64,000 nucleotides of DNA from Pirellulales bacterium (GTDB lineage: Bacteria; Planctomycetota; Planctomycetia; Pirellulales; PALSA-1355): assembly GCA_963733035.1 (NCBI GenBank), contig CAVTBU010000006.1, forward strand, positions 800,001 through 864,000, given 5' to 3'. Under the pieces are notes generated by a model. The model was not told the DNA's origin. It searched no databases and saw only the letters and a program-made list of their open reading frames with translations. The translations under genes and the position numbers were made by a program. Below are positions 32,137-42,160 of the stretch, piece after piece; positions within the stretch are counted from its first letter, which is position 1, and each line of letters starts with the position of its first letter.

Positions 32137-33327
32137 ATGATTGTTGCCGCCGTTACCGAGTCGTTTCCCGGCGAACGCCGCGTGGCCCTCATTCCCGCCT
32201 CGGTCGCCACGCTGGTCAAAGCTGGCTGGCAGGTCCGTATCGAAGCCGGGGCAGGGCGGGGGGCCGGTTTCCCAGACCAGCAATACGCCGACAAGGGAGC
32301 CCAAATTGTCTCCCGAGTCGAAGCCCTCTCGGCCGATTGTCTGCTGCAAGTCAGGGCCCTCGGCGCCAACCCCGAGGCCGGCAAAGCCGACCTGGCCAAC
32401 CTCCGCCAAGGGCAGGTCGTCATTGGCCTCTGCGATCCGCTCGGCCAGCCGGCCGCCGCGCAAGAGTTGGCCGCCACCGGCGTCTCGCTGTTTGCCTTGG
32501 AACTCGTGCCGCGGATCAGCCGCGCGCAGGCGATGGACGTGCTCAGCTCGCAGGCGTCGATCGCCGGCTATCGGGCCGTGCTGCTGGCCGCCACCACACT
32601 CCCGAAAATCTTCCCCATGATGACCACCGCCGCCGGCACGATCACCCCGGCCAAGGTGTTCATCATTGGCGCGGGCGTTGCCGGTTTGCAGGCGATCGCC
32701 ACGGCGCGGCGGCTGGGGGCCGTCGTCTCGGCCTACGACGTGCGGCCGGCCGTCAAGGAACAGGTGCAAAGCCTGGGAGCGAAGTTCATCGAGATGAAAC
32801 TCGAAGCCGGCGCCGCAGAAGGTGCCGGCGGCTATGCCAAAGCGATGGACGAGGAGTTCTACCGCAAGCAGCGCGAGTTGATGCTGGAAGTCGTGGCTCA
32901 AAACGACGTGGTAATCACCACCGCCGCCATCCCCGGCAAAAAAGCCCCCACGCTGGTCACCGCCGAAATGGTCGAGGCGATGCCCCCGGGCTCGGTCATC
33001 GTCGACCTGGCCGCCGAGCGCGGCGGCAACTGCGAACTGACCAAGCCGGGCGAAACTATCGTCACCAGCGACGTCAGCATCCTCGGCCCCACGAATCTCC
33101 CCTCCGAAGTCCCCAACCACGCCAGCCAGATGTTCGCCAAGAACGTCACCACGCTGCTCGCGCACCTCACCAAAGATGGCCAGTGGAACATCGACACCAG
33201 CGACGAAATCACCCGCGACACGCTAGTCGCCAAAGACGGCCAGGTTGTGAACCAGGCCGTGCGCGATCTGCTGGGCCTCAAGCCGCCGGAAAAGGACTGG
33301 ATGGAAGGGGCGATTGAGCTGGAGTGA
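32137..33327 (+). CDS. pntA: NAD(P) transhydrogenase alpha subunit part 1 (dI)
   Basis: ERRVALIP, RAQAMDVLSS, IGAGVAGLQA, GGYAK and DLAAERGGNC. Confidence 0.95.
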   Translation: MIVAAVTESFPGERRVALIPASVATLVKAGWQVRIEAGAGRGAGFPDQQYADKGAQIVSRVEALSADCLLQVRALGANPEAGKADLANLRQGQVVIGLCDPLGQPAAAQELAATGVSLFALELVPRISRAQAMDVLSSQASIAGYRAVLLAATTLPKIFPMMTTAAGTITPAKVFIIGAGVAGLQAIATARRLGAVVSAYDVRPAVKEQVQSLGAKFIEMKLEAGAAEGAGGYAKAMDEEFYRKQRELMLEVVAQNDVVITTAAIPGKKAPTLVTAEMVEAMPPGSVIVDLAAERGGNCELTKPGETIVTSDVSILGPTNLPSEVPNHASQMFAKNVTTLLAHLTKDGQWNIDTSDEITRDTLVAKDGQVVNQAVRDLLGLKPPEKDWMEGAIELE

Positions 33328-33656
33328 GGGGCAGTCGATGTGACCGCGCCTCAAGCCACGAAGCGGAGCTCGATTGATATCCAGGCCTGGCGACCGAATA
33401 TCTCATTCTCCAGCCCCAGTGCGCAACAGTCGCTTCTGTTTTTCCGTGTGCCGACAGTCGTTTCATTGCCGCTCGGCCAGACAGGTGGGCCACTCGGCTT
33501 CGCTGATCACCGTCGTGCGTGCTGGCGACAAGACCTACGGAGTATCTGACACCTCCCCACCGTTTCACCCACTTCCGCTAGAATAAAACTGGCGAACCTG
33601 CCGGCGTTTTGTGGAGTCACTGTTCAATGCTCTAAACCGCGTCGGAGTTTCAAGTC

Positions 33657-35108
33657 ATGGCCTTCTGGCAAAATTTGTTGTGGGTGCTTGTGCCGCTGGC
33701 GATCGGCGTTGGCGTCGGACCTTTGGTGTGGCGCTTCGTCAGTTCGCGCCGCCGTCGGCGGCGTCTGGAACGCATCGCGGATCTGTTGGATCGTCACTTT
33801 CATCCGCTGGATATCGAATCGCTGACGGTCTCCGAACGAACCTTTCCGTTTCGCGTGCGGGCTGACCTGCAGCAGGCCGTCGACAAGCTGTTCGCGCAGG
33901 ATGTCCGTATTGTTCGCTTCTGTGGTGTGAAGAAGGAGTATTGGATGGGCGGATTGGACTTTGCCGGCCTGCTCGCCGATGAGCACTCCCCGGCGTTGGC
34001 TGCTCCGCCGCAGTACGAACAAATCGACATTGGCGAGGAGGAGCCGGTCAACTGTCTGAAGAATGGACTCTGGCTGCTCGCCCGTGGCCAGGAGCGCTAC
34101 GCCGTGGTCGTCTCTGCGCAAGAGCGTCATAACGAGGAGCCGGGGCTACGGTTTCACGTGGCCACGGCCAACACCGACGCCGGCACGAGCCTCGCGCAGG
34201 CCTTCTACAAGCACCTCGAAGACTCGGTGCTGAAGGCCCAGTCGTATCGCGGCAAGATTCTGTCGCTCGAGACCAAGCGGTCGTATTTCGGCGAAGCGTC
34301 GGGCATCACCGTGCATCGCTTGCGTACGGTCGAGCGCGAGCAGGTCATCCTGCCCGAAAAGACGCTCGAACTGCTCGAACGCAACGTCATCCAGTTCGTC
34401 GGCCGCCGAGATCGATTGCGTCAGCTTGGCCAGTCGACCAAGAAGGGTCTGTTGTTCTACGGTCCGCCTGGCACCGGCAAAACACACACAATTCATTACC
34501 TGGCACGGGCGCTTAAGGGGCATACGACGTTATTGATTTCGTCGGAGCAGGTTGGCGTGCTCACCGAGTACATGGCGCTGGCCCGGCTGCTGCAGCCAAG
34601 CGTGGTAGTGATCGAAGACGCCGACCTGATCGCCCGCGACCGCGAAGCGATGGGCAGTCCTTGCGAAGAAGCCTTACTCAACCGGCTGCTCAACGAGATG
34701 GACGGCCTCAAGGAGGACGCCGACATTCTGTTCGTGCTGACCACCAATCGCCCCGAGACGCTAGAACGCGCGCTGGCCTCGCGGCCGGGCCGGGTTGACC
34801 AGGCGATCGAGTTTCCCGTGCCCGATGAAGCAGGGCGCGAAAAGCTCGTACGGCTCTATTCGCAGGGCGTGTCGCTAGGCGAGCCGGTGATGCGCGACGT
34901 CGTACGGCGCACCGAAGGTGTCAGCGCCGCCTTTATCAAGGAACTCATGCGGCGCTCGGTGCAGTTCCACCTGGAACGGGCCGACTCCGGCGAGATCGAA
35001 CAACTGGACGTGGATCGGGCGCTCGACGAGCTGCTGGTCAGTGGAGGCGCGCTCAATGCCACACTGTTGGCCGCGGGGACCAACGGGACAGCTTGCGTGG
35101 TGACGTAG
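33657..35108 (+). CDS. Membrane-anchored AAA+ ATPase
   Basis: N-terminal TM; GPPGTGKT, VVVIED, LNEMDG, TTNR and RPGRVD. Confidence 0.9.
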   Translation: MAFWQNLLWVLVPLAIGVGVGPLVWRFVSSRRRRRRLERIADLLDRHFHPLDIESLTVSERTFPFRVRADLQQAVDKLFAQDVRIVRFCGVKKEYWMGGLDFAGLLADEHSPALAAPPQYEQIDIGEEEPVNCLKNGLWLLARGQERYAVVVSAQERHNEEPGLRFHVATANTDAGTSLAQAFYKHLEDSVLKAQSYRGKILSLETKRSYFGEASGITVHRLRTVEREQVILPEKTLELLERNVIQFVGRRDRLRQLGQSTKKGLLFYGPPGTGKTHTIHYLARALKGHTTLLISSEQVGVLTEYMALARLLQPSVVVIEDADLIARDREAMGSPCEEALLNRLLNEMDGLKEDADILFVLTTNRPETLERALASRPGRVDQAIEFPVPDEAGREKLVRLYSQGVSLGEPVMRDVVRRTEGVSAAFIKELMRRSVQFHLERADSGEIEQLDVDRALDELLVSGGALNATLLAAGTNGTACVVT

Positions 35109-35166
35109 CTCGCTTGGCCGTTCCACGCGCCGTCGGCGCCTCCTCCGGGCTAAACGCTGCGGCGCG

Positions 35167-36651
35167 CTAAAGCGTTTTCACTTCCGCCACGAGCTTGGTG
35201 AGCGAGCTCTTGGCGTCGCCGAACAACAGCGAGCACTTGGGGTCGTAGAACAGTTCGTTCTCGATGCCGGCAAACCCGGGGTTCATGCTCCGCTTCAGCA
35301 CAATCACGCTCTTGGCCTGGTCGGCGTTCAGGATCGGCATGCCGTAGATTGGGCTCGAGCGGTCGTTGCGCGCGGCTGGGTTTACCACGTCGTTGGCGCC
35401 GATGACCAGCGCCACGTCGGCCCGGGCGAATTGGTCGTTGATCTCGTCCATCTCGAGCATCTTGTCATATGGCACGTTGGCTTCGGCCAATAGCACGTTC
35501 ATGTGTCCCGGCATGCGGCCGGCCACCGGATGGATGGCGAACTTCACGTCGCCGCCCCGCTTTTCGATCAGCTCGGCCAGCTCGCGCACCTGGTGCTGGG
35601 CCTGCGCCACGGCCATCCCGTAGCCGGGCACGACGATCACTTCGCCGGCGTAGGCCAACTGCGCCGCGGCGTCCTCGACCGACAGGCTGCGCACCGTCAT
35701 GCCGGCCATCGACGCTTTGTCGCCCGACTCCACCGGCGTGCCAAACGCGCCGAACAACACGTTGGTAAACGAGCGGTTCATCGCCTTGCTCATCAAGATC
35801 GACAGGATGAAACCGCTCGCCCCGTCGAGCGCTCCGGCGATGATCAGCACGTTGTTCCCCAGTGCAAAACCGGTGGCCGAGGCCGCCAGTCCGGCGTACG
35901 AGTTCATCAGCGAAATCACGACCGGCATGTCGGCCCCGCCGATCGGTATCACCAGCAGCACGCCGACGGCCAGCCCGGCGAGCACCATCAGATAGAACAC
36001 CGTGGCGTGCGAACCCCAGTCGCTGGGGGCAAAAATCAGATACAGAAACATCAACGCCGTCACGCAGAACAGCCCGATGGTGAATTCGTTTTGGCGCGGG
36101 TACGTAATCGGCGCGCTGGGCAACAGCCCTTGCAGTTTGCCGAACGCCATCAAGCTGCCGGTGATGGTGAGCGAGCCGAACATCACTTCGAACCCCAGCG
36201 CCGCCATTTCGATGTGGCCGACGCCCTCGGCCAGGATGCGGGTTAAATAGTCGTAATGTGAAATGCCGACCAGCGTCGCGGCCAGCGCGCCAAATGCGTG
36301 CGAAATGGCGGTTCGCTGCGGAATGGCCGTCATCGGCATCCAGATGGAAATCGCCGCCCCGATGCCCGAGCCCAGAATCAAGCCCAGGATGATCCAGATA
36401 TAGCTGATAATCCGGGCGTCGATCAGTGTGCCGACCACGGCCACCAGCATGCCGATGGCGGCCAGTTGCATGCCGCGCCGCGCCTTGTCCGGAGCGGTCA
36501 GGCCGCGCAGCCCCAGAATGAACAGCACGCTGGCGGTGAGGTAGGCGCCCTGAATGAACACCTCGCGAAGGCCGTGGTTTTCGGCCGCGTGCTGCGCGGC
36601 AGTGGGGGCGGCTGCGAGGATTCTTTCGAGCACTGCGAGGGTCGTCGGCAT
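35167..36651 (-). CDS. pntB: NAD(P) transhydrogenase beta subunit
   Basis: IGGADMPVVIS, PGYGMAVAQAQ, HPVAGRMPGHMNVLLAEA and GANDVVNP. Confidence 0.97.
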   Translation of the reverse strand: MPTTLAVLERILAAAPTAAQHAAENHGLREVFIQGAYLTASVLFILGLRGLTAPDKARRGMQLAAIGMLVAVVGTLIDARIISYIWIILGLILGSGIGAAISIWMPMTAIPQRTAISHAFGALAATLVGISHYDYLTRILAEGVGHIEMAALGFEVMFGSLTITGSLMAFGKLQGLLPSAPITYPRQNEFTIGLFCVTALMFLYLIFAPSDWGSHATVFYLMVLAGLAVGVLLVIPIGGADMPVVISLMNSYAGLAASATGFALGNNVLIIAGALDGASGFILSILMSKAMNRSFTNVLFGAFGTPVESGDKASMAGMTVRSLSVEDAAAQLAYAGEVIVVPGYGMAVAQAQHQVRELAELIEKRGGDVKFAIHPVAGRMPGHMNVLLAEANVPYDKMLEMDEINDQFARADVALVIGANDVVNPAARNDRSSPIYGMPILNADQAKSVIVLKRSMNPGFAGIENELFYDPKCSLLFGDAKSSLTKLVAEVKTL

Positions 36652-36998
36652 CAGCTTTTTCGTTCGTAGCGTTTGAACATTTTGAGCATGCGGTCGGTAA
36701 TCATGAAGCCGCCGACAACGTTGATCGTGGCCGCCGTCACGGCCACGAAGCCCAGAAAGGTGCTGTAACCGCTATGCTGGGCGCCGGCCGCCACCAGCGA
36801 ACCGACGAGCGAAATGCCGCTAATGGCGTTGGTCGCCGACATCAGCGGCGTGTGCAACAGGGCCGGCACCTTCGTGATGATCTGATAGCCGACAAACCCG
36901 GCCAGCACGAAGACATACAGCCGCAAAAACGGCAGCGTCATCGAGGATGTCTCCTCGGCGGCCGCCAACAGGTTTGCATTGACCAGCGTTTCGATCAC
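36651..36998 (-). CDS. NAD(P) transhydrogenase alpha subunit part 2 (4TM)
   Basis: LHTPLMSATNAISG and INVVGGFMITDRMLKMF; stop overlaps the pntB start. Confidence 0.93.
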   Translation of the reverse strand: MIETLVNANLLAAAEETSSMTLPFLRLYVFVLAGFVGYQIITKVPALLHTPLMSATNAISGISLVGSLVAAGAQHSGYSTFLGFVAVTAATINVVGGFMITDRMLKMFKRYERKS

Positions 36999-37500
36999 GT
37001 GCACCGGGGACCTCGTGGTGGGCAATTTCGGAGTGCAGGTGCGAGCAATGCTACCCCGTGCAGTGTGCCGGTGACAAGGGGGAGCCTGCCCACGCGGTCC
37101 GTCTACCGAGTCGCTGCCGTTGCTCGGGTACCGGTGCGCTACAACGATTGCATTTGTATTTCTATGTCTGGTCGTTCATGGCGCGGGCAAGCGTCGACCT
37201 GATCCCCTGCATCATGCGATGGCTCAATCGCCAGATTATTTCCGCCGACGGTTCGTCGCGTCCCCAGCACCTGGTTGCCCTAAATGCTTTTCGAACTCAG
37301 CCCGTGCCCCGACAACCCCACGCGGTATTTGTGGTGGAGCTTTAAGGTGCGTCGCGAGCTGCGGAAGTTGCCGCGGGCAGCCGAGCGGCACGTGGCTCGA
37401 CTGAGCTCGAAGTTTTTTCTTGACGTTCAAGTAACCGCTCACTAGGGTACCAATAGTCGTTATCCCGAGCGGCTTTTGTTGGCATCGTCGAGAAGGTTCC

Positions 37501-38427
37501 ATGTCGCTAACTGTCCGCTTCATTCTCGGAAGCCTCGTTTTGATTGTCGCCATCGTGCTCGCCAAGCCTGCCGCGGCACTCACGTTCGACACGATTGACT
37601 ATCCCGGATCGACCAGCACCCAGGTCTCTGGTATTTCCGGGAGCACCGTGGTGGGTAGCTACAAAGACTCTTCCAGCGTCTTGCACGGTTTTGTTTACGA
37701 CGGCTCATCGTTCACAACCATCGACTATCCGGGGGCAGTGAGCAGCGGACTGGGCGACATTTACGGCGGTACCATTGTCGGTGGCTATCGAGATGCGACC
37801 GGCAAATCACATGGGTTCCTGTACAATGGCGCGACGTTTACGCCCGTCGACGTCCCGGGTCAAACAGGTTCGTTTGGAGGAACTTCCGCGCGGGGCGTAT
37901 TCGGAGGCAACGTTGTCGGATCCTATCAATTCTCCGCGAGCGACTTCAGCCACGGATTTCTGTTCGATGGATTGCAGTACACCACGCTCGACGATCCGTT
38001 GGCTGCACGCGGCACCCTGGCGATAGGCATCTGGGGGAGCGACATCGTGGGCTACTACAAAGACGCCGGCGATCTGGAACACGGTTTCATCTACAACGGG
38101 TCCGCCTACACAACGTTGGACAATCCAATCGCCGTCAAGGGCACGTTTCTGTATGCGACCGACGGCATCCACATTGTCGGTGAGTACCGCGACGTGTCAT
38201 TCCATGAGCATGGTCTTTTTTACAACGGCACATCCTTCACGACCATCGATGTTCCCGGCAGCTCGTCCACGAACGTCACCGGCATTTCGGGCAACATACT
38301 GGTTGGCGTGTATTCGGACTCGACCGGCACCCACGGATACATCACGCAGATCCCGGAGCCAGGCAGCCTGGTGCTGGCCGCGGTGGGTATTGCTGCGCTG
38401 CTGCTCGTTGCCTGGCCGCGGAAGTAG
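37501..38427 (+). CDS. PEP-CTERM sorting-domain protein with ~43-aa FTTIDxPG repeats
   Basis: Signal peptide, six repeats (IVG.Y.D....HGF.YNG..FTTID.PG) and IPEPGS-TM-basic tail; TTGACG-17-TAGGGT promoter at ~37420-37448. Confidence 0.88.
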   Translation: MSLTVRFILGSLVLIVAIVLAKPAAALTFDTIDYPGSTSTQVSGISGSTVVGSYKDSSSVLHGFVYDGSSFTTIDYPGAVSSGLGDIYGGTIVGGYRDATGKSHGFLYNGATFTPVDVPGQTGSFGGTSARGVFGGNVVGSYQFSASDFSHGFLFDGLQYTTLDDPLAARGTLAIGIWGSDIVGYYKDAGDLEHGFIYNGSAYTTLDNPIAVKGTFLYATDGIHIVGEYRDVSFHEHGLFYNGTSFTTIDVPGSSSTNVTGISGNILVGVYSDSTGTHGYITQIPEPGSLVLAAVGIAALLLVAWPRK

Positions 38428-38776
38428 AAGCCTGGGTCGGCCGTCGACCTATTGTTGGATCGAACCGCTACCCAGCTTTCCATTTGTTGGCGGCGTTTTG
38501 CCATTCTCGATATACTGAACCGGTTGGCTGATCTGGCCAACGCATTCATCCATCTCTTTTTCGCTGGATCGAGCGGGCGTGAATTTGAGGCGTTCACGCG
38601 GGCGGCTAATCGTGGTCGCCGCATTATTCTGAGGCCGCAGCTTTCTTGCACCTGCGAGGCCGATGGAACAGTTCGCGATTGCGCGAAGGTCTGAAGAAAT
38701 GCCTCCGTGCGTCGCGTCCGGTCCCATCGTCTCGCCTGTCGTCGGAAAAGCTGCACAGGAACAGAGGGAGGATGCG

Positions 38777-40135
38777 ATGCGCAAGTCTACGAGCTACCTG
38801 GTAGGCGGGGCAATTGCCGCTGCGTTGATCGGAGCCTGGGGATACCGCCAGGCAACGCGGCCGTCTCAACCGCCGGCTGAAAACGCGGTCGACGACTCGC
38901 CCGATCTAATTGTCGGTCGGCCGATCCGGTTCAAAAACCTGACGATCTTTCCCGTGGCTTCGAAAGTCGCCAGGAACCAGGACCGCTTCATCACCTTGGC
39001 CGAAGGGCTGGCGTCCGGAAAGGTTCAAGTCTCCGAACTGGGCGCGCGGCCGGCTCGCCAAAGCGAAGATCCTTTCGCGGCCGACGCGGACGTCAGCCAG
39101 GCCGCGGCAAATTCCGAGCCGGCGGACAATCCCTTTGCCGGACCGAACCCGCCGCCAAACGCGCCTGATGACGAGACCGGCTCCGAACAATACGCCGCCA
39201 GCGACGACGTCAATCAGCTGCTGGTGACAAATCGATCTGATGCTCCCTTGTACCTCATGCCCGGCGAGATCATCGTCGGCGGAAACCAGGATCGGGCGAT
39301 TGCCGAGGAACTGATCGTGCCGCCCCATACCGAACGGATGGCCATCCCGGTGTACTGCGTCGAACACGGTCGCTGGGCGTCTCGCTCGCAAGAGGAAACC
39401 ATCGCCTTGGCCGAGCGGCTCTCGGACAATCCGGTTACCTACCCTGCCGCGTCGCTCGTCACTGAGCCGGCAGAGGGCCGATTCTCGGTGGCCGGGGGTT
39501 ATCTCAACAAAACGGGACGCCTGACGGTGCAAGCGGGCAAGGGGCAATCGGAAGTCTGGGACGCAATCAGCAAAGTCAACGCCCAGACCTGGGCTCCCAC
39601 CGACTCCGACGCCTTCACGGCCAACTACACGGCGCCCGAGGTGGCCGACAAGCTTGAGCCCTACACGGCGGCGCTCAAAGAACCGATCGCCAAAACGTCG
39701 CGAGTCGTCGGCGTGATCGTAGCAGTCAACGGCGAGATTCAGGCGGCCGACACCTTCGAGTCGACGCCCCTGTTTCGCAAGCTGTGGCCCAAGTTGCTCG
39801 GCAGCTACGTGCTCGACGCGGTCATGCAGGCCGACGAACAAGACGATCGGGCACCCACTTGCAAAATCGCCCAGGCCGAGACGTTTCTCGACGATGCCAT
39901 GCAGGCCAAAGTCGCCGAATCGACCGACCGCGATGGGCTTGTGACGACGCGCGGCGACGCCGAAGGGCTCGCCAGCTTCTCCCTGCACGAATCGCGGGAC
40001 CACGCGGTCGATAACATGAATGTCACCGCCGCCGAAGCGGGCCAAGGCGCGGGGATGATGGGCGGCATGGGCGGTGGCATGACGGGCGGGGGCAACTTCG
40101 GCAGTGGCGTCCATTCGGCCGCGTTTGCCCGCTAA
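38777..40135 (+). CDS. ARPP-1/DUF6569-like domain protein with an N-terminal anchor
   Basis: NLTIFPV, VNQLLVTN, GEIIVGGNQDR and IPVYCVEHGRW; family assignment from memory. Confidence 0.65.
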   Translation: MRKSTSYLVGGAIAAALIGAWGYRQATRPSQPPAENAVDDSPDLIVGRPIRFKNLTIFPVASKVARNQDRFITLAEGLASGKVQVSELGARPARQSEDPFAADADVSQAAANSEPADNPFAGPNPPPNAPDDETGSEQYAASDDVNQLLVTNRSDAPLYLMPGEIIVGGNQDRAIAEELIVPPHTERMAIPVYCVEHGRWASRSQEETIALAERLSDNPVTYPAASLVTEPAEGRFSVAGGYLNKTGRLTVQAGKGQSEVWDAISKVNAQTWAPTDSDAFTANYTAPEVADKLEPYTAALKEPIAKTSRVVGVIVAVNGEIQAADTFESTPLFRKLWPKLLGSYVLDAVMQADEQDDRAPTCKIAQAETFLDDAMQAKVAESTDRDGLVTTRGDAEGLASFSLHESRDHAVDNMNVTAAEAGQGAGMMGGMGGGMTGGGNFGSGVHSAAFAR

Positions 40136-40260
40136 CGTCAGTCGCCAATTTGAACCGATGCTTCGCAGCGCCGCGGGCGGTCAACCACCCGCCCGCGGCT
40201 CCGCACACCTGATTCAATTTACGTACATTTCAAGGCGTTGCGTTTATTTGGGACGAGGCG

Positions 40261-40707
40261 ATGGCTGGCAATTCGTCGAACCATGATTCGAACAACGGGG
40301 ACGGGCGACCGCCCTTTGAGAGTGAGGCAATTTCGGGTGACGAGGGGCCGCTCCGCGACACGATGAGGCGGTTGGTGCTCGTTCTGCTCGAGGAAGCCGT
40401 CGCACGAGCCTACGATCGGATTGTTGTCGTACAGGGCGAAACCGGTTGTCCTGTGCACTTTCTACGCGGCGACGAGTCCCTGGAGATGGACGCATTGCCG
40501 AGCAGACTATTTGGCGAGTTCGAAGCGCAAGTTGCACGCATGTGCGGCCGCGAAGTTGGCCCTGGACAAGGTACATTCACGACATGCTTGAAGAAGACCG
40601 AAACCTCGGCGAAAGCTTTCGCGCGAGTCCGAGTCTCGGTGGTCTTCGATGGTTCGAGCCTGCGGTTTACGATCACGGAAGTCGAGCGGCAGTCCGCCGA
40701 GCTCTGA
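40261..40707 (+). CDS. Hypothetical protein resembling a stand-alone GspE/PilB N-terminal (N2) domain
   Basis: LLEEAV..DRIVV..VHFLR..LP.RL..VARMCG..QGTF..VRVSV parallels the T2SS ATPase N2 pattern; no Walker motifs. Confidence 0.45.
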   Translation: MAGNSSNHDSNNGDGRPPFESEAISGDEGPLRDTMRRLVLVLLEEAVARAYDRIVVVQGETGCPVHFLRGDESLEMDALPSRLFGEFEAQVARMCGREVGPGQGTFTTCLKKTETSAKAFARVRVSVVFDGSSLRFTITEVERQSAEL

Positions 40708-40835
40708 TCCCTCCGCTCCTCATGGCTTCTCCCGCAACTCCGCGTTTCCTTTCTGATTTCCGCCCGCTTCCGTGGTAACATTTCTCTCTGTTGGCAACCT
40801 GTCCGTTCCTCATGCCGTTTGCTGGTGCCGTTTTG

Positions 40836-40961
40836 ATGAACGCGACCTTGCGCAACACCAGCCCGGCCGATCTGCCGGCGATTAATGACATCTATACCTA
40901 CTACGTGCTGTATTCCACCTGCACCTACTGGCTCGAGGCCGAGACGCTGGCCGACCGCCAG
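40836..40961 (+). pseudogene. Truncated GNAT (phosphinothricin acetyltransferase/YncA-like) 5' fragment
   Basis: ADLPAINDIYTYYVLYSTCTY..ETLADRQ, ending abruptly at the downstream end of the Y1 element. Confidence 0.75.
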
Positions 40962-40982
40962 GTCTATTCTGCTGCTGCCAAG

Positions 40983-41678
40983 TCAGTCGCCGGGGCCCTT
41001 CTTGGGCCGGCCGCGGGGGCGGAAGGTGGATTCGAGGTGGAGCTGCCCGGCGGCCTTGCGCTGCCAGGCGTCGCTGCCGTAGGGGCGGCCGCGGCGGATG
41101 CTTTCGGCGATGGCTTGCACCTCGGCCTCGGTCTGCGGCCGGTTGACGCGCTCGACCCACTTGCGGCCCAGCGGCACCGGCGGCTCGGCCAGCGGGATCA
41201 CGGCCGACTCTGGGCCAACGCCCCCCGGCAGCCGCTGATGCAGGCTTCCCCAGGGATAATCCTCCGCACGCTTTACCAGCCGGGCGCGCAGCGGATTCCG
41301 TTCGACGTAGCGGAGCACCCTCAGCAGGTGCTCATCGCTGGCGACGGGAAAGGACTTGAAGCGGCCCTGGTAGACGTGCCCCATGCCGGCCGTGCCATGG
41401 TGGGCGTGCCAGCGCTGGGCGTGCGTGATCGAGAGCCAGCGGAAGAAGTCCGACACCTGCTCCCCCTGGCCCCGCATGGGCCAGACGACGAAGTGCCAAT
41501 GGTTGTTCATCACGACGTAGCCGAGAATCCGCAGCGGCACACGCTCATGGGCAGCGGCCACAATCTCCTCGAAGGCCGCGAAGTCGGCCGCTTTGCGAAA
41601 TAGTCGCAATCGGCCGTTGGCCCGATTGAGGATATGATAAACATATCCGCCCAGAAGCGTGCGAGCAGTGCGAGGCAT
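40983..41678 (-). mobile_element. HUH/Y1 tyrosine transposase (RAYT/TnpA-REP-like), gene 1
   Basis: MPRTAR, YHILNRAN, HUH motif MNNHWH, QGRFKS, catalytic YVERNP, YPWGS and RGRP tail. Confidence 0.92.
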
Positions 41679-41717
41679 GTCGCCCATCGTACCGCCCACA
41701 CCGCCCGTCGGCAAGAG

Positions 41718-41741
41718 AAAAGGTTCACGTCCCCTTTAATT
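41718..41741 (-). repeat. 24-bp upstream end of Y1 gene 1
   Basis: AATTAAAGGGGACGTGAACCTTTT on the minus strand; exact copy on + at 46652-46675. Confidence 0.9.
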
Positions 41742-41796
41742 ACTCCCCGCGAAAAACAGGGTATCTGAAACCCTTAACGTCTAATAGAGGTCACAA

Positions 41797-41964
41797 ATGC
41801 GCATCTACTTGTGCGGCGCCATCGACAAGGCGCCTGACGGCGGGGTCGGCTGGCGTCGGGCACTGACCGCCCGGCTGGCCGGGCACGAAGTCCTGGACCC
41901 CACGACGAAGCCCTCGCAGGGGCTCGCCGCCATGGCTAAGGCTGCCCTTGCGGCTAATAGGTGA
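41797..41964 (+). pseudogene. Truncated nucleoside 2-deoxyribosyltransferase-like fragment (55 aa)
   Basis: GAGG RBS, then MRIYLCGAIDKAPDGGVGWRRALTARLAGHEVLDPTTKP; too short for the ORF track. Confidence 0.55.
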
Positions 41965-42021
41965 AGTTAGATTTTCCCTGCCGTATTGCCTTGCGCAGCC
42001 TCTCGGCTTGCTTCGCGAATC

Positions 42022-42050
42022 TTGACACGACTTAAGGGGCAGCTTTTAAT
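42022..42050 (+). promoter_or_regulatory. Sigma70-type promoter
   Basis: TTGACA-17 nt-TTTAAT. Confidence 0.65.
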
Positions 42051-42088
42051 GTGCATTCGTCCCTAAACCTCCGACGAGTCCGCCGCTG

Positions 42089-42160
42089 AAACGCCGTCCA
42101 ACTGCTTTCCTCCCATTGCCGCTTTCGCGGCGCGAGGTTGCAGTTGAGCGGCGTTTTTTT
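42089..42160 (+). terminator. Long hairpin plus T7 tract inside the leader of the 42201 gene
   Basis: AAACGCCG/CGGCGTTT and CAACTGC/GCAGTTG stems, followed by TTTTTTT. Confidence 0.6.

Noticed and set aside
33467..37390. 11-bp inverted repeat TGCCGCTCGGC / GCCGAGCGGCA as inversion sites
   Set aside because: Short and GC-rich, so plausible by chance; its use would also leave a long gap inside the pnt operon.
40791..41603. 270-aa plus-strand ORF
   Set aside because: Chimera of the GNAT stub and the antisense strand of Y1 gene 1.
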